The position numbers and the translations under genes are program-made. From the IMG/VR virus record IMGVR_UViG_3300033066_001253, positions 13,223 to 77,222 of that record: DNA of 64,000 bases. The stretch is one strand, 5' to 3'. The notes below the pieces were generated by a model, which saw only the letters and a program-made list of their open reading frames with translations, did not search any database and was not told the origin of the DNA. Below, piece after piece: positions 38,889 through 48,158 of this stretch. This DNA comes from a virus (Duplodnaviria > Heunggongvirae > Uroviricota > Caudoviricetes). The number at the start of each line of letters is the position of its first letter. The first letter of the stretch is position 1.

Positions 38889-39232
38889 TGTCAGAAATAC
38901 TTCATTTTATAGGTTTATGTCCAGATTCATTATCACATTTTGATTTGATGGATTTAATAGCTTTGAATTATAATCAAATTCAAATATTGAGTTTTTATAT
39001 AAGAAAATGTCTTGGTTTTTAAGTTAAAAGATCGTATGTTTATGTTATGGAAAAGCTAGAAAAAATATTATTAATAAGCCTAGGTGTTTATATAATTGGT
39101 TATTATGTAATTTTAAATACAATGTTATGAGTAGTTTAAGTAATAAGAATAATGATTTTGAGGATTTTGGTTGGTTAATAATCGTATTGATTTTAATCAC
39201 ATTAATGTTTATAAGATAAAAAAATAAAAGTT

Positions 39233-39571
39233 ATGAATAATTTAAATAATTTACCTCCACTTTATATAGGACAAAAGGTTGTTTATATAACTGGTTATAA
39301 TATGCCTAAAGATTCAATTCATATTGTGAAAGATGTTTTTAAAATAAAATGTTGTAATACATGGATTATATCTATTACAACTCCTTTTATTATAGGGAAA
39401 GGATATCATCTATGCTCTTGTTGTAATACAGAACTTAGTAGTGATTTTATATTAAATTCCCCACAAAACAACTCTTTTTTGGCATCTAGTTTCAGAGCTC
39501 TTAAATCTCAATCCTTTCCACTCCTAACATACTCCAAAGTATTAGAAGAAATAGATGTAAGTGCTAATTAA
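39233..39571 (+). CDS. hypothetical Cys-rich protein
   Basis: 112-aa ORF. Confidence 0.35.
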   Translation: MNNLNNLPPLYIGQKVVYITGYNMPKDSIHIVKDVFKIKCCNTWIISITTPFIIGKGYHLCSCCNTELSSDFILNSPQNNSFLASSFRALKSQSFPLLTYSKVLEEIDVSAN

Positions 39572-39626
39572 TGTCGTTGTTTATAAAATAAAATTTTGTA
39601 TATTTAAATAAATTAAAATCAAAGTT

Positions 39627-39824
39627 ATGACAAAAGACAAACGAAACTATAAAAAAGATAGTGAAGAAGCTGTTAAACAAATTCTTCAAAAAGAAATCAA
39701 TAATATCAGACATCAGTTAAGTGATAAAAGTCATAAAATTGAAATGATGGCTCGTGAACAAAAAATCCTAAAGAAAACATTACATGAATTATTTGAATTG
39801 AGAAATAAATTAAATAAGAAATAA
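39627..39824 (+). CDS. hypothetical coiled-coil protein
   Basis: 65 aa, K/E-rich. Confidence 0.3.
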   Translation: MTKDKRNYKKDSEEAVKQILQKEINNIRHQLSDKSHKIEMMAREQKILKKTLHELFELRNKLNKK

Positions 39825-39825
39825 T

Positions 39826-40014
39826 ATGTTTAAAATAATAATAAAATATATTCTTAAGTTTATAATGGGAACTATATGTTTTGCTTTATTATATACTTGT
39901 GCTCAAAAAGCAGATCCCGAACTAGGAGGTGGTTTATTAAAAATATTTGCAATTTGTTTTGGAGCTTATGAAACCATTCTTATATTAGAAGATATAGATA
40001 AATTAAATAAATAA
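39826..40014 (+). CDS. hypothetical membrane protein
   Basis: 62 aa, hydrophobic. Confidence 0.3.
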   Translation: MFKIIIKYILKFIMGTICFALLYTCAQKADPELGGGLLKIFAICFGAYETILILEDIDKLNK

Positions 40015-40019
40015 AGGTT

Positions 40020-40787
40020 ATGATATTAATCGGAAGTAAAGCCATAAAACATTGGTATCCAGACTTTCCACGCACCCCAAAAGATACAGATTATGCTGTT
40101 GGAGTAGATGAAAGAGGATTATACCCATACATCAAAGGAATGGAATTTTTACCAAACCCAATCTTAGATGAATTATATAAACCTCACAATGGTGTTGAAG
40201 AAATATGTTCACCAGAACATTTAACAACACTAAAAGCATCTCATTTGATGTGGAATATTAATTTCGACAAACATATGTTTGATTTGCAGTTCCTACTCAA
40301 AAAAGGAAACAAAATTGATGAAGAATTGTTCTGGAAATTATATTATTATTGGAATGAATACCATGGTAAAAACAAACGTAGTGATCTTAAGATGAATAAA
40401 GATGAATTCTTTGATAATGCTATTAATTATTCAGTTGCACAACATGATGATTTACATTTATTAATAAATCCAACTCCCATTTACACCAAAGTATTAAAAG
40501 ACGGATGTGATGTAGAATTGGATGAAAATAAATTTTACAATCTAACTCATGAAGAAAAACTTGAATTTGTTAGAGAGGAATGTTATGTAATGGCTTGGGA
40601 AAGATACAAACCTTTAGGATTCAGACATGCTTATGGAAGGATGATAAAGAAATTTTTAATTAACCATATACCTAAATTCGCAATAATATTCTTATTAGAA
40701 AATTGGATTGAATTACATAGAGCACCGTATGATTTTATTAAAAAAATAGATGAAGGATTAAAAATAAAACAATTAATAACAATATAA
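40020..40787 (+). CDS. hypothetical protein, possible Pol-beta-type nucleotidyltransferase
   Basis: 255 aa. N-terminal LIGSKAIKHWYPDFPRTPKDTDYAV loosely fits the hG(G/S)x(9-17)DhD minimal nucleotidyltransferase motif. Tentative. Confidence 0.3.
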   Translation: MILIGSKAIKHWYPDFPRTPKDTDYAVGVDERGLYPYIKGMEFLPNPILDELYKPHNGVEEICSPEHLTTLKASHLMWNINFDKHMFDLQFLLKKGNKIDEELFWKLYYYWNEYHGKNKRSDLKMNKDEFFDNAINYSVAQHDDLHLLINPTPIYTKVLKDGCDVELDENKFYNLTHEEKLEFVREECYVMAWERYKPLGFRHAYGRMIKKFLINHIPKFAIIFLLENWIELHRAPYDFIKKIDEGLKIKQLITI

Positions 40788-40788
40788 A

Positions 40789-41097
40789 ATGACAGCAGAA
40801 GAAATTAAAAAAATAATCGAAGAAAACAATTTACAAAGGGGATTAATGGATTATGAAAACACAGAAGAAACAGCTGAAAAATTAGAATCTTTAGGGGTTG
40901 TTAATTTTGAAGAAGTAGATAGTGTTTGTAATTCTGATGAGATGTATACTATTATTCATTTTAAAAATGATAATATATTTCTAAAACTAAAAGGTGAATA
41001 TGATAGTTATGGAGAATGTCAACATGACTATGATTGTGGAATTGAAGAAGTATTTCCTAAAACAATCCAACAAACAATTTATACAGCTAAAAAATAA
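40789..41097 (+). CDS. hypothetical protein, member 1 of a 4-gene tandem paralog family
   Basis: 102 aa. C-terminal (F/I)K.....h.hK..G.Y.SYGE ... V.P.T.Q shared with the next three genes. Confidence 0.4.
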   Translation: MTAEEIKKIIEENNLQRGLMDYENTEETAEKLESLGVVNFEEVDSVCNSDEMYTIIHFKNDNIFLKLKGEYDSYGECQHDYDCGIEEVFPKTIQQTIYTAKK

Positions 41098-41101
41098 ACA
41101 A

Positions 41102-41398
41102 ATGAAAGATCAATTAATCAGTATCAGAGTTCTAAATGAACTATTATCAGAAACAACTAGAGAAAAATACAAATTAAATGAAGTACCAGGTCATTTTGGA
41201 GTTCCTGAAGATGGAGAAGGTTATCAAGGAGAATACAATGAAACCTTCTATTTCTATCAACATCCAGATATGCCCTCAAATATCTTCTTAAGACTAACAG
41301 AACATACTGATAGTTATGGAGATAATGAATCGATTGTAGAATATCAGTTTGTTGAAGGAAAAGCAAAGCAAGTAACAGTTTACGAACCAATTAAATAA
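41102..41398 (+). CDS. hypothetical protein, paralog family member 2
   Basis: Track ORF 40994 trimmed to the ATG at 41102 (AAATGAAAGAT), just after the upstream stop. Shares ...TDSYGDNES ... QVTVYEPI. Confidence 0.4.
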   Translation: MKDQLISIRVLNELLSETTREKYKLNEVPGHFGVPEDGEGYQGEYNETFYFYQHPDMPSNIFLRLTEHTDSYGDNESIVEYQFVEGKAKQVTVYEPIK

Positions 41399-41404
41399 TA
41401 AAAA

Positions 41405-41713
41405 ATGAATTTTGAAAAACTAAAAGAAGATTTCAAAGAGAAATATCAAGAAAATTATTATGAATTCCTAGAAAATGCAATTAGTAATGAAAGTGGATTT
41501 AATATTGAATTAATAGAAGAAATGAATGATTCAACATATAATTCATATGGTAATGAAGATTCAGATATTTATAAAATTTTTGAATTTAAGGATTATAATT
41601 GTTATGTAAGATTTTCAGGAAATAGATCATCATATCAAGGAGAAGAATGGGATGAAATGGAAGAAGTAAAACCTTCAACCAAAGTAGTAACAAATTTTGA
41701 ACCAGTTAATTAA
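41405..41713 (+). CDS. hypothetical protein, paralog family member 3
   Basis: 102 aa. ...YVRFSGNRSSYQGEEWDEMEEV ... VTNFEPV. Confidence 0.4.
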   Translation: MNFEKLKEDFKEKYQENYYEFLENAISNESGFNIELIEEMNDSTYNSYGNEDSDIYKIFEFKDYNCYVRFSGNRSSYQGEEWDEMEEVKPSTKVVTNFEPVN

Positions 41714-41726
41714 ATAAAAATAAAAA

Positions 41727-42059
41727 ATGGAAAAATTAGATTATAATCAAATTATGGAAGTATTAAAACATAAATTTGAAGAAGAATATGGTGAAACAGG
41801 AGAGAAGGCTGTTTGGAGTTTTGCATTTGAAGGATGTGAATCTGAAAAGTGGGGATTAGGAGAGATGCAAACACCATACCGAAAAGGTGGTGAAGGACAA
41901 GGATCAGAATGGTATTCTATTAAATACTTTAAAGATCATGATGTTTATATTAAAGTAGAAGGTTATTATTCGTCATACAACGGAACTGATTTCGATGATG
42001 GATGGGATTGTTGTTCACAAGTAGTTCCAACTCAAAAAACAATAACAGTATACGAATAA
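41727..42059 (+). CDS. hypothetical protein, paralog family member 4
   Basis: 110 aa. ...YIKVEGYYSSYNGTDFDDGW ... ITVYE. Confidence 0.4.
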   Translation: MEKLDYNQIMEVLKHKFEEEYGETGEKAVWSFAFEGCESEKWGLGEMQTPYRKGGEGQGSEWYSIKYFKDHDVYIKVEGYYSSYNGTDFDDGWDCCSQVVPTQKTITVYE

Positions 42060-42066
42060 AATTAAT

Positions 42067-42094
42067 CCCTCTCCTAAAAAAGAGGGATTTTTTG
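42067..42094 (+). terminator. rho-independent terminator
   Basis: CCCTCT-CCTAAAAA-AGAGGG hairpin followed by ATTTTTTG. Confidence 0.6.
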
Positions 42095-42130
42095 TCTTGG
42101 AAAATTAATAAAACAATCGTATGTTTAACT
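42094..42130 (+). promoter_or_regulatory. conserved phage promoter (GTCTTGG ... CGTATGTTTAACTTATAAATTAATAAA)
   Basis: Full-length copy of the recurrent motif upstream of the ATG at 42148. Confidence 0.5.
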
Positions 42131-42147
42131 TATAAATTAATAAAAAT

Positions 42148-42299
42148 ATGAAATATTTAGCGTTATTAGGATTTGTTTGTGCTATTGCGAATATAATTGT
42201 AAATTATCATTTTAATAATACACAAGCAGTACTGGGTTGGGTAGCAGCAGCTGCATGGAGTCTTAATAGTTTTATCCAAGAATTAATATCTGAAAAATA
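42148..42299 (+). CDS. hypothetical small membrane protein
   Basis: 50-aa hydrophobic ORF; stop overlaps the ATG at 42300. Confidence 0.3.
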
Positions 42300-42803
42300 A
42301 TGAGCCGAGTATTCCTAATATCAGATCTACATTTTGGTCATGAAAACATGGCCAAAAAACGAGGATTTAAATCATCTGCAGAACATGATGAATATATCAA
42401 ACAACAATGGAATTCAGTAGTTCATAAAAGAGATATTGTTTGGATTTTAGGTGATATTAGTATGGAAGAACCTAAATATTACTACTTATTAGATGAATTA
42501 AATGGATCTAAACGAGTAATAATGGGAAATCATGATCTACCAAAACATTCCAAATCCCTACTCAACCACGTTGATCAAATAGCAGGAATGACTCGTTATA
42601 AAAAATGTTGGTTAACACATTGTCCAGTTCATCCTCGAGAACTTGATTTTCGAGTTGAAAGAAATATTCATGGTCATCTTCATGAAGATAATATTATGAA
42701 GAAAAGATGGTTTGGATTGGAGATTCAGGATAAAAGATATATAAATGTAAGTTGTGAACAAGTAAATTATACTCCACAACTATTTGATGATTTAATAAAA
42801 TAA
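42300..42803 (+). CDS. metallophosphoesterase (calcineurin-like phosphatase)
   Basis: 167 aa. All signature motifs in order: DLHFGH, GDISME, GNHDL, GHLHE. Confidence 0.8.
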   Translation: MSRVFLISDLHFGHENMAKKRGFKSSAEHDEYIKQQWNSVVHKRDIVWILGDISMEEPKYYYLLDELNGSKRVIMGNHDLPKHSKSLLNHVDQIAGMTRYKKCWLTHCPVHPRELDFRVERNIHGHLHEDNIMKKRWFGLEIQDKRYINVSCEQVNYTPQLFDDLIK

Positions 42804-42806
42804 AAA

Positions 42807-43304
42807 ATGGAAAAATTAACTTTTGGAGATTATGCTTGTGCAACCTTAGGATTTATAGTATTATATATTCTAGTAAATATGATTATTAATTTAATATGGT
42901 TGAAATTTATAGGCCTTGTTAAAATTCATCTACCTATTCCTAAAAAATACATTGGTAAAAAATCACCAATATATAAATTATCAACTAGTAGTTGGAGTGG
43001 AAATAAAATAATTGAAAAATTTAATTTAAAATATAGACCTCATGAAGGTTTTACTATGTTAAATTACATATTATTTCCATTCCCCTTTGAATGGATGAGA
43101 TATGGTTATGATGAATTTAGAGATGAAGCAGTTAATATTGAGGAAGGTAAAACAATTGAATCTATTAAAAATTTAGGAAGTTATTATGAAAAAAGAGCTG
43201 CAATAGGTAGAAAACAAGAAAAAATAGCAGATAATAAACGCAATAAAAAACAAAATCATATTGATAAACTAAATAAAGAATTCAAAGAAAATTATATTAA
43301 ATAA
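42807..43304 (+). CDS. hypothetical membrane protein
   Basis: 165 aa. N-terminal TM; basic C-terminal tail. Confidence 0.35.
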   Translation: MEKLTFGDYACATLGFIVLYILVNMIINLIWLKFIGLVKIHLPIPKKYIGKKSPIYKLSTSSWSGNKIIEKFNLKYRPHEGFTMLNYILFPFPFEWMRYGYDEFRDEAVNIEEGKTIESIKNLGSYYEKRAAIGRKQEKIADNKRNKKQNHIDKLNKEFKENYIK

Positions 43305-43362
43305 TCTGTCTTGATTATATAAAACATAATTCATATATTTAACTTAAATAAAAATAATAAAC

Positions 43363-44220
43363 ATGAGTAAATTTAATGTAGGTGATAAAGTGAAAATTCC
43401 TAAAACCAAAAAAGGATATAATGATTACAGTTATGATTCATTTTATGATGAGATTAATGATAAAGGATATTCTAATTTAGTTATTGATAAAATTCAATCT
43501 GATGGAAGTATTAGATTAAAAGGACCTAATAATGGTTATTTAGGAATGGATGTTTTTTATGAATCAGATCTAGAACTTTATGAAGAAAGATATAAAGCAT
43601 CTGAATTAAAAAATGGAAGAATTGTTATTTTATGTCAAAATCAGGAGGAATTTAGTAAAGCTCAAACTCTATGTAATAGAGATGATTTAAAAACAAATAA
43701 TTTTCCTGTTGAATTTTATCCTTGGAATAATGATGGTGATTTTACTGATGGAGATGGGACTCATATGTTAAAATGGAATGATATTCCTCGTTCATACAAC
43801 ATGCCAACCCCAACCCACTGCATTAACTTCTCACAAATCGACTTTGAAACAGAAACTAAAACAAATAATAATATGAAATTGAAAAGATTTAAATTAGTAA
43901 AAACAGAATATGGAAAAGCTTATTTAGCATTAACTGGATTATCAAAAATTGGTGATTTTGATTTAGGTTCAAATACTTATAATATTCTTCAAAAAGCAGG
44001 AGTTCTAGATTTATGGTTTGAAGAAGTTCCTGACACAATTAAAATTCATGGTTATGAAGTTAAAAAAACAAATAATGGATTCAAAATTGGATGTAAAGCA
44101 GTCACATTTCAACAATTACAAAACTTTAGAGATTTCATGGAGATGAATGGTTTTAGTGATATTTCATTTGGTGAATATAAAGTTACAATGAAAGAAATCT
44201 CACAAATTCTAGCACTATAA
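43363..44220 (+). CDS. hypothetical protein, paralog of 37530-38393
   Basis: 285 aa. Shared GVLDLWF block. Confidence 0.4.
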   Translation: MSKFNVGDKVKIPKTKKGYNDYSYDSFYDEINDKGYSNLVIDKIQSDGSIRLKGPNNGYLGMDVFYESDLELYEERYKASELKNGRIVILCQNQEEFSKAQTLCNRDDLKTNNFPVEFYPWNNDGDFTDGDGTHMLKWNDIPRSYNMPTPTHCINFSQIDFETETKTNNNMKLKRFKLVKTEYGKAYLALTGLSKIGDFDLGSNTYNILQKAGVLDLWFEEVPDTIKIHGYEVKKTNNGFKIGCKAVTFQQLQNFRDFMEMNGFSDISFGEYKVTMKEISQILAL

Positions 44221-44438
44221 TGAAACAAGAACTCATTCAAATCAACAACAAAACAGTCCAATACTCCTCAATCCGAATAGAGGATATTCATAAATGGGAT
44301 TATCCAGATTTTTGTGATGCATTTGCTGCAGAAGCAGAATTTGAAGATGGAACTGAATTAAATGATGAAGAATTGGAGGAATTGAATGATAAATATGGAG
44401 ATATTATTCATCAAAAGGTTTGGGAAACTTTACATTAA
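44220..44438 (+). CDS. hypothetical acidic protein
   Basis: 72 aa. Confidence 0.3.
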   Translation: MKQELIQINNKTVQYSSIRIEDIHKWDYPDFCDAFAAEAEFEDGTELNDEELEELNDKYGDIIHQKVWETLH

Positions 44439-44479
44439 TCGTTGTTTAAATAAGAATTTAACGTATGTTTAAAGTATAA
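44439..44479 (+). promoter_or_regulatory. conserved phage promoter (TCGTTG ... CGTATGTTTAAAG)
   Basis: -33-like TCGTTG 44439-44444, -7-like CGTATGTTTA 44462-44471, ATG 44492. Confidence 0.5.
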
Positions 44480-44491
44480 ATAAAATAAGTT

Positions 44492-44698
44492 ATGAAACGA
44501 ATTGTAATAGCAACTCAACCACAACTCCAAGACATAGGAATAGATAGAAACTTAACTGATATGGAAGTTGAAGTTATTTATCGTTATCCTGATGGTTGGT
44601 TTCAAGTCAAAGTTCCTCCAAAACAAAAAATAATTAATATTTTAGGAGACAAAGCTAACTATGAGGAATATGATATTCCAGGTAAATATTTAAAATAA
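44492..44698 (+). CDS. hypothetical protein
   Basis: 68-aa ORF. Confidence 0.35.
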   Translation: MKRIVIATQPQLQDIGIDRNLTDMEVEVIYRYPDGWFQVKVPPKQKIINILGDKANYEEYDIPGKYLK

Positions 44699-44699
44699 T

Positions 44700-44742
44700 T
44701 CGTTGCTCTTAAACTAATATTTCGTATGTTTAACTTATAAAT
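44700..44742 (+). promoter_or_regulatory. conserved phage promoter
   Basis: TCGTTG 44700-44705 ... CGTATGTTTAACTTATAAATTAATAAA 44723-44749 ... AAGGTTATG. Confidence 0.5.
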
Positions 44743-44758
44743 TAATAAAATTAAGGTT

Positions 44759-45562
44759 ATGGAAAATATTCAATTAACAAAAGATGAATTAGAAATGATT
44801 CGTCTTAAACGTGAACAAGATGAATTAGCTGCTAAACAAAAAGAAGTTGAAAAGCAAATTAAGCGTCAAAAACGAATTGATGATGAACGTAATCGAATTG
44901 AAAAATTTATTAAGGAAAAACAAACAGAAAAAGCAGTTGTTGAAGGATTCCTCAATACATTAAATAGTTTTCATATTTTACCTGTCTATGAATTAATAAC
45001 TAGAACTCATTCAAAACAATTCAAATTATATGATTGGGTTGATGGAGAAAATGATGATGTTTATTTTTTAGAAGATGTTCCATTTGATTACTATAAAATC
45101 AAACGTATTGGTTATCATTTTGAAATAGAAGCTAACTATAATTCTAGAAAGAAAGGATGGCAAACTGTATATGATTGGTTTTTAAGATACGATTACAAAA
45201 ACTACAAATCAGCTAAAACAGTTGATACTAAAATAAATGATAAAATAGAGACACTTGAATCTAAGAAATTACACGAACAAAAACAACTATCATCAAAAGA
45301 AATTGTATCTCAAATATTAACTGATAAATATCCTGAAGCAACAATAAAACATGATTCTGAATGGATATCAAACAGATGGGATAAAGACAGAGGTGGTTAT
45401 TCACAAGGATATTTTACAGTAAAATTTGAAAATGGAGTTGAATTAAAATGTATCTATAGAACTGATGGAACATATAGTTCAGAAGTAAAATATCTTTACA
45501 ATGTTATTAGTAATGAAGAATTAATTGAATTAGTTAAAAATTTACCTAAAAAGGAGAAATAA
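44759..45562 (+). CDS. hypothetical protein with N-terminal coiled coil
   Basis: 267 aa. N-terminal K/E/Q-rich helix. Confidence 0.35.
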   Translation: MENIQLTKDELEMIRLKREQDELAAKQKEVEKQIKRQKRIDDERNRIEKFIKEKQTEKAVVEGFLNTLNSFHILPVYELITRTHSKQFKLYDWVDGENDDVYFLEDVPFDYYKIKRIGYHFEIEANYNSRKKGWQTVYDWFLRYDYKNYKSAKTVDTKINDKIETLESKKLHEQKQLSSKEIVSQILTDKYPEATIKHDSEWISNRWDKDRGGYSQGYFTVKFENGVELKCIYRTDGTYSSEVKYLYNVISNEELIELVKNLPKKEK

Positions 45563-45873
45563 TTATGAAGAAGATAGAATGTTATATCAAAATTATGTTT
45601 TTACCTTATCCTAAAAACAGATGGTGGAAATCAAGATTAAATTTAATTAATCAAGGTTTAATATAAGTCGTGATTTGTAAATTAATCTAACATATATTTA
45701 CTCAAAATTAAGGTTATGAAAAAATACCAAATAATAGTTATTGGAGGTCCTGAATATCTTATAGAAGCTAAAGGATTTGAGTTTGATATTGGATTTTATA
45801 TGTTTTATGATGAAAATAAGATAATATTTTTGTATACTCCTATTAATTTAACAATAATTAAACCTCTATAATT

Positions 45874-46389
45874 ATGCAAGAACTAATAAATAAATTCAAC
45901 GAAATTAAAGGTGTATCCTTTGTTTCAATCGTTTATACAAACGCTCAAAACGAACTACAACACACCGTTTTCAATGTTGGTACTAACTATGCAACCGCGA
46001 AACAAAAAGATTATGAATATCTGAAACAATTTAATATTTCAGAACATAACTCTTATCCTCAAGAACTACTACAAGAAGCATTAGATTCATTAATAAGTGA
46101 TTTCGAAAAACCATCAAAACCAAGAATGGATAATTTTATTCATTTAAACAATGGTTTAAAAATGCATCAAGAAACACATGAACTTTATGTGTATGGAATG
46201 GAAATATCTAAAAAGGTATTGGTTGAAGGTGAATATAAAGAAGATACTAGAAAACCACTAACTAAAGCCAAGGATTATATTCGTTCATTTCTAAGAACAT
46301 CTAAATTCAGACAATATAAAATTGAGCGAGCTGAATGTTTTACTGTTAAAGGAGATACATTAGTATTTGAAACTGTAGATGCAATTTAA
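45874..46389 (+). CDS. hypothetical protein
   Basis: 171-aa ORF. Confidence 0.35.
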   Translation: MQELINKFNEIKGVSFVSIVYTNAQNELQHTVFNVGTNYATAKQKDYEYLKQFNISEHNSYPQELLQEALDSLISDFEKPSKPRMDNFIHLNNGLKMHQETHELYVYGMEISKKVLVEGEYKEDTRKPLTKAKDYIRSFLRTSKFRQYKIERAECFTVKGDTLVFETVDAI

Positions 46390-46445
46390 TATATCTTGGT
46401 TTATAAATTAAATTTTCGTATAGTTATATTATAAAATTAACAAAT

Positions 46446-48104
46446 ATGAGTAATAAAAAACAAAAAACATTGAATGATTTTACTCCTGAAATTCAAGCTA
46501 AAATACCAAAATATATTGAAAAATATACTAAAGGTATTTTTGATGGAGGTAGGTATAATAATTTTACCAAGGAAAAAGCAGAGAAATTTATTGATTGGAA
46601 TTATGAATTGTCTGGTTATAAAAAACCCATAGTTTTAGTAGCTGAAAATCCATATGAATCTCAAATATTTTTTAATTATATTAAAACCAATGAAAAAGTT
46701 TGGGCTCCTTTATTATATTTAGGTTATTGTTTGAAAAATAACATTCCTATACCTGATAATATATTAAAACAAGATAATAAACAGTTGCGCTCTCAGTTGG
46801 ACTCTCAGTTGCGCTCTCAGTTGCGCTCTCAGTTGGACTCTCAGTTGCGCTCTCAGTTGCGCTCTCAGTTGGACTCTCAGTTGTACTCTCAGTTGGACTC
46901 TCAGTTGGGCTCTCAGTTGTACTCTCAGTTGGACTCTCAGTTGGGCTCTCAGTTGTACTATCAGTTGTGCTCTCAGTTGGACTCTCAGTTGGACTCTCAG
47001 TTGGACTCTCAGTTGTGCTCTCAGTTGGACTCTCAGTTGCGCTCTCAGTTGGGCTCTCAGTTGGGCTCTCAGTTGGGCTCTCAGTTGTACTCTCAGTTGT
47101 GCTCTCAGTTGGACTCTCAGTTGCGCTCTCAGTTGGGCTCTCAGTTGGGCTCTCAGTTGCGCTCTCAGTTGTACTCTCAGTTGTACTCTCAGTTGTGCTC
47201 TCAGTTGGACTCTCAGTTGCGCTCTCAGTTGCGCTCTCAGTATAATGATGATTATTTATTTACAACCAACATATACTCCAATTCATTATTAGCTTGGTGG
47301 AAATTTATGAAGGATGAATTTAATTTAGAATCAGAAATAGGAATTCAATTAGATTCTTGGAATGATTTATATGAAGATTCCAATATTTATTCTGCTATTT
47401 TTAGTGAATTAGTTTGTATAGTTTCAAAATATCCTAAGAAAATAACAAGAAATCAAAATAATGATTTACATAATATCGAAGAAAGTTCAATTGATTGGAG
47501 TTATTCAACTGATTTGACTAAATTTGATTGTTTTTATATAAATGGAAGAAATGTTCCTTCAAAATATTTTGAATCTATTTCTAATAAAACTTTTTCAATG
47601 GATGATTTTACAAAAGAAACCAATGAAGAATATAAATCATCTTGTATAGTTTTAATGCAAGAAAAACATGGTGATGAATATTTAGTTAATTTCTTTAGAC
47701 AAAACCTAAAAGAAATAGATACATTTGTTGATAAAAAAGATGATAAATATCTTGAAGGTACTACCAAAGGAATGAATGTTGGGGTTTATACATTGTTTAA
47801 AGGAGAAATAAATGACGAAAAAATAGCGTATGTAAGATGTTATTGTCCATCAACAGACCGAATGTTTTTCTTAGGAGTTGATTCAATACATAAAACTCCC
47901 AAAGATGCAATTGCTTCTTTATATAGAATTCCAAACAAACTTAAAAATCATATTAAATCAATTTCAAGACAAGGTGAACGTTTTAGTACTATCTTAACAA
48001 GTGAAGGTAAAAAAATACTTAAAACCTTATCAAAAGAAGAAATAGGAAATACAACAGGATTAAAAGGAGATGAATATTTTAATTTAATAAAATATGAATT
48101 TTAA
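46446..48104 (+). CDS. hypothetical protein carrying a 38-unit (R/D/G/Y/C)SQL tetrapeptide repeat
   Basis: 552 aa. Non-repetitive N-terminal (about 113 aa) and C-terminal (about 290 aa) domains flank the repeat. Confidence 0.5.
   Translation: MSNKKQKTLNDFTPEIQAKIPKYIEKYTKGIFDGGRYNNFTKEKAEKFIDWNYELSGYKKPIVLVAENPYESQIFFNYIKTNEKVWAPLLYLGYCLKNNIPIPDNILKQDNKQLRSQLDSQLRSQLRSQLDSQLRSQLRSQLDSQLYSQLDSQLGSQLYSQLDSQLGSQLYYQLCSQLDSQLDSQLDSQLCSQLDSQLRSQLGSQLGSQLGSQLYSQLCSQLDSQLRSQLGSQLGSQLRSQLYSQLYSQLCSQLDSQLRSQLRSQYNDDYLFTTNIYSNSLLAWWKFMKDEFNLESEIGIQLDSWNDLYEDSNIYSAIFSELVCIVSKYPKKITRNQNNDLHNIEESSIDWSYSTDLTKFDCFYINGRNVPSKYFESISNKTFSMDDFTKETNEEYKSSCIVLMQEKHGDEYLVNFFRQNLKEIDTFVDKKDDKYLEGTTKGMNVGVYTLFKGEINDEKIAYVRCYCPSTDRMFFLGVDSIHKTPKDAIASLYRIPNKLKNHIKSISRQGERFSTILTSEGKKILKTLSKEEIGNTTGLKGDEYFNLIKYEF
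46783..47240 (+). repeat. 12-bp perfect-length tandem repeat (NNC TCT CAG TTG) x about 38, in-frame within the CDS
   Basis: Units TCTCAGTTG plus a variable codon CGC/GAC/GGC/TAC/TGC (once TAT). Visible directly as repeated gctctcagttg/gactctcagttg strings. Confidence 0.9.
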
Positions 48105-48158
48105 AAATAATCGTTGTTTATAATAAAATAAATCGTATATTAATTTAAATAATAAAAC

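Noticed and set aside
40994-41398. Long form of track ORF overlapping the previous gene by 100 nt
   Set aside because: The family alignment and gene packing indicate the start is the ATG at 41102, immediately after the upstream stop. The extension is out-of-frame read-through of the neighbour.
46783-47240. Possibility that the 12-bp tandem array is a CRISPR array
   Set aside because: Units are contiguous with no spacers and are only 12 bp. They lie in-frame inside a long ORF with coding-constrained variation, and no cas genes are present.
46967-47245. Track ORF (+, 92 aa, MLSVGLSVGLS...) inside the tandem repeat
   Set aside because: It is merely an alternative reading frame of the 12-bp repeat within the longer 46446-48104 ORF, and is purely periodic.
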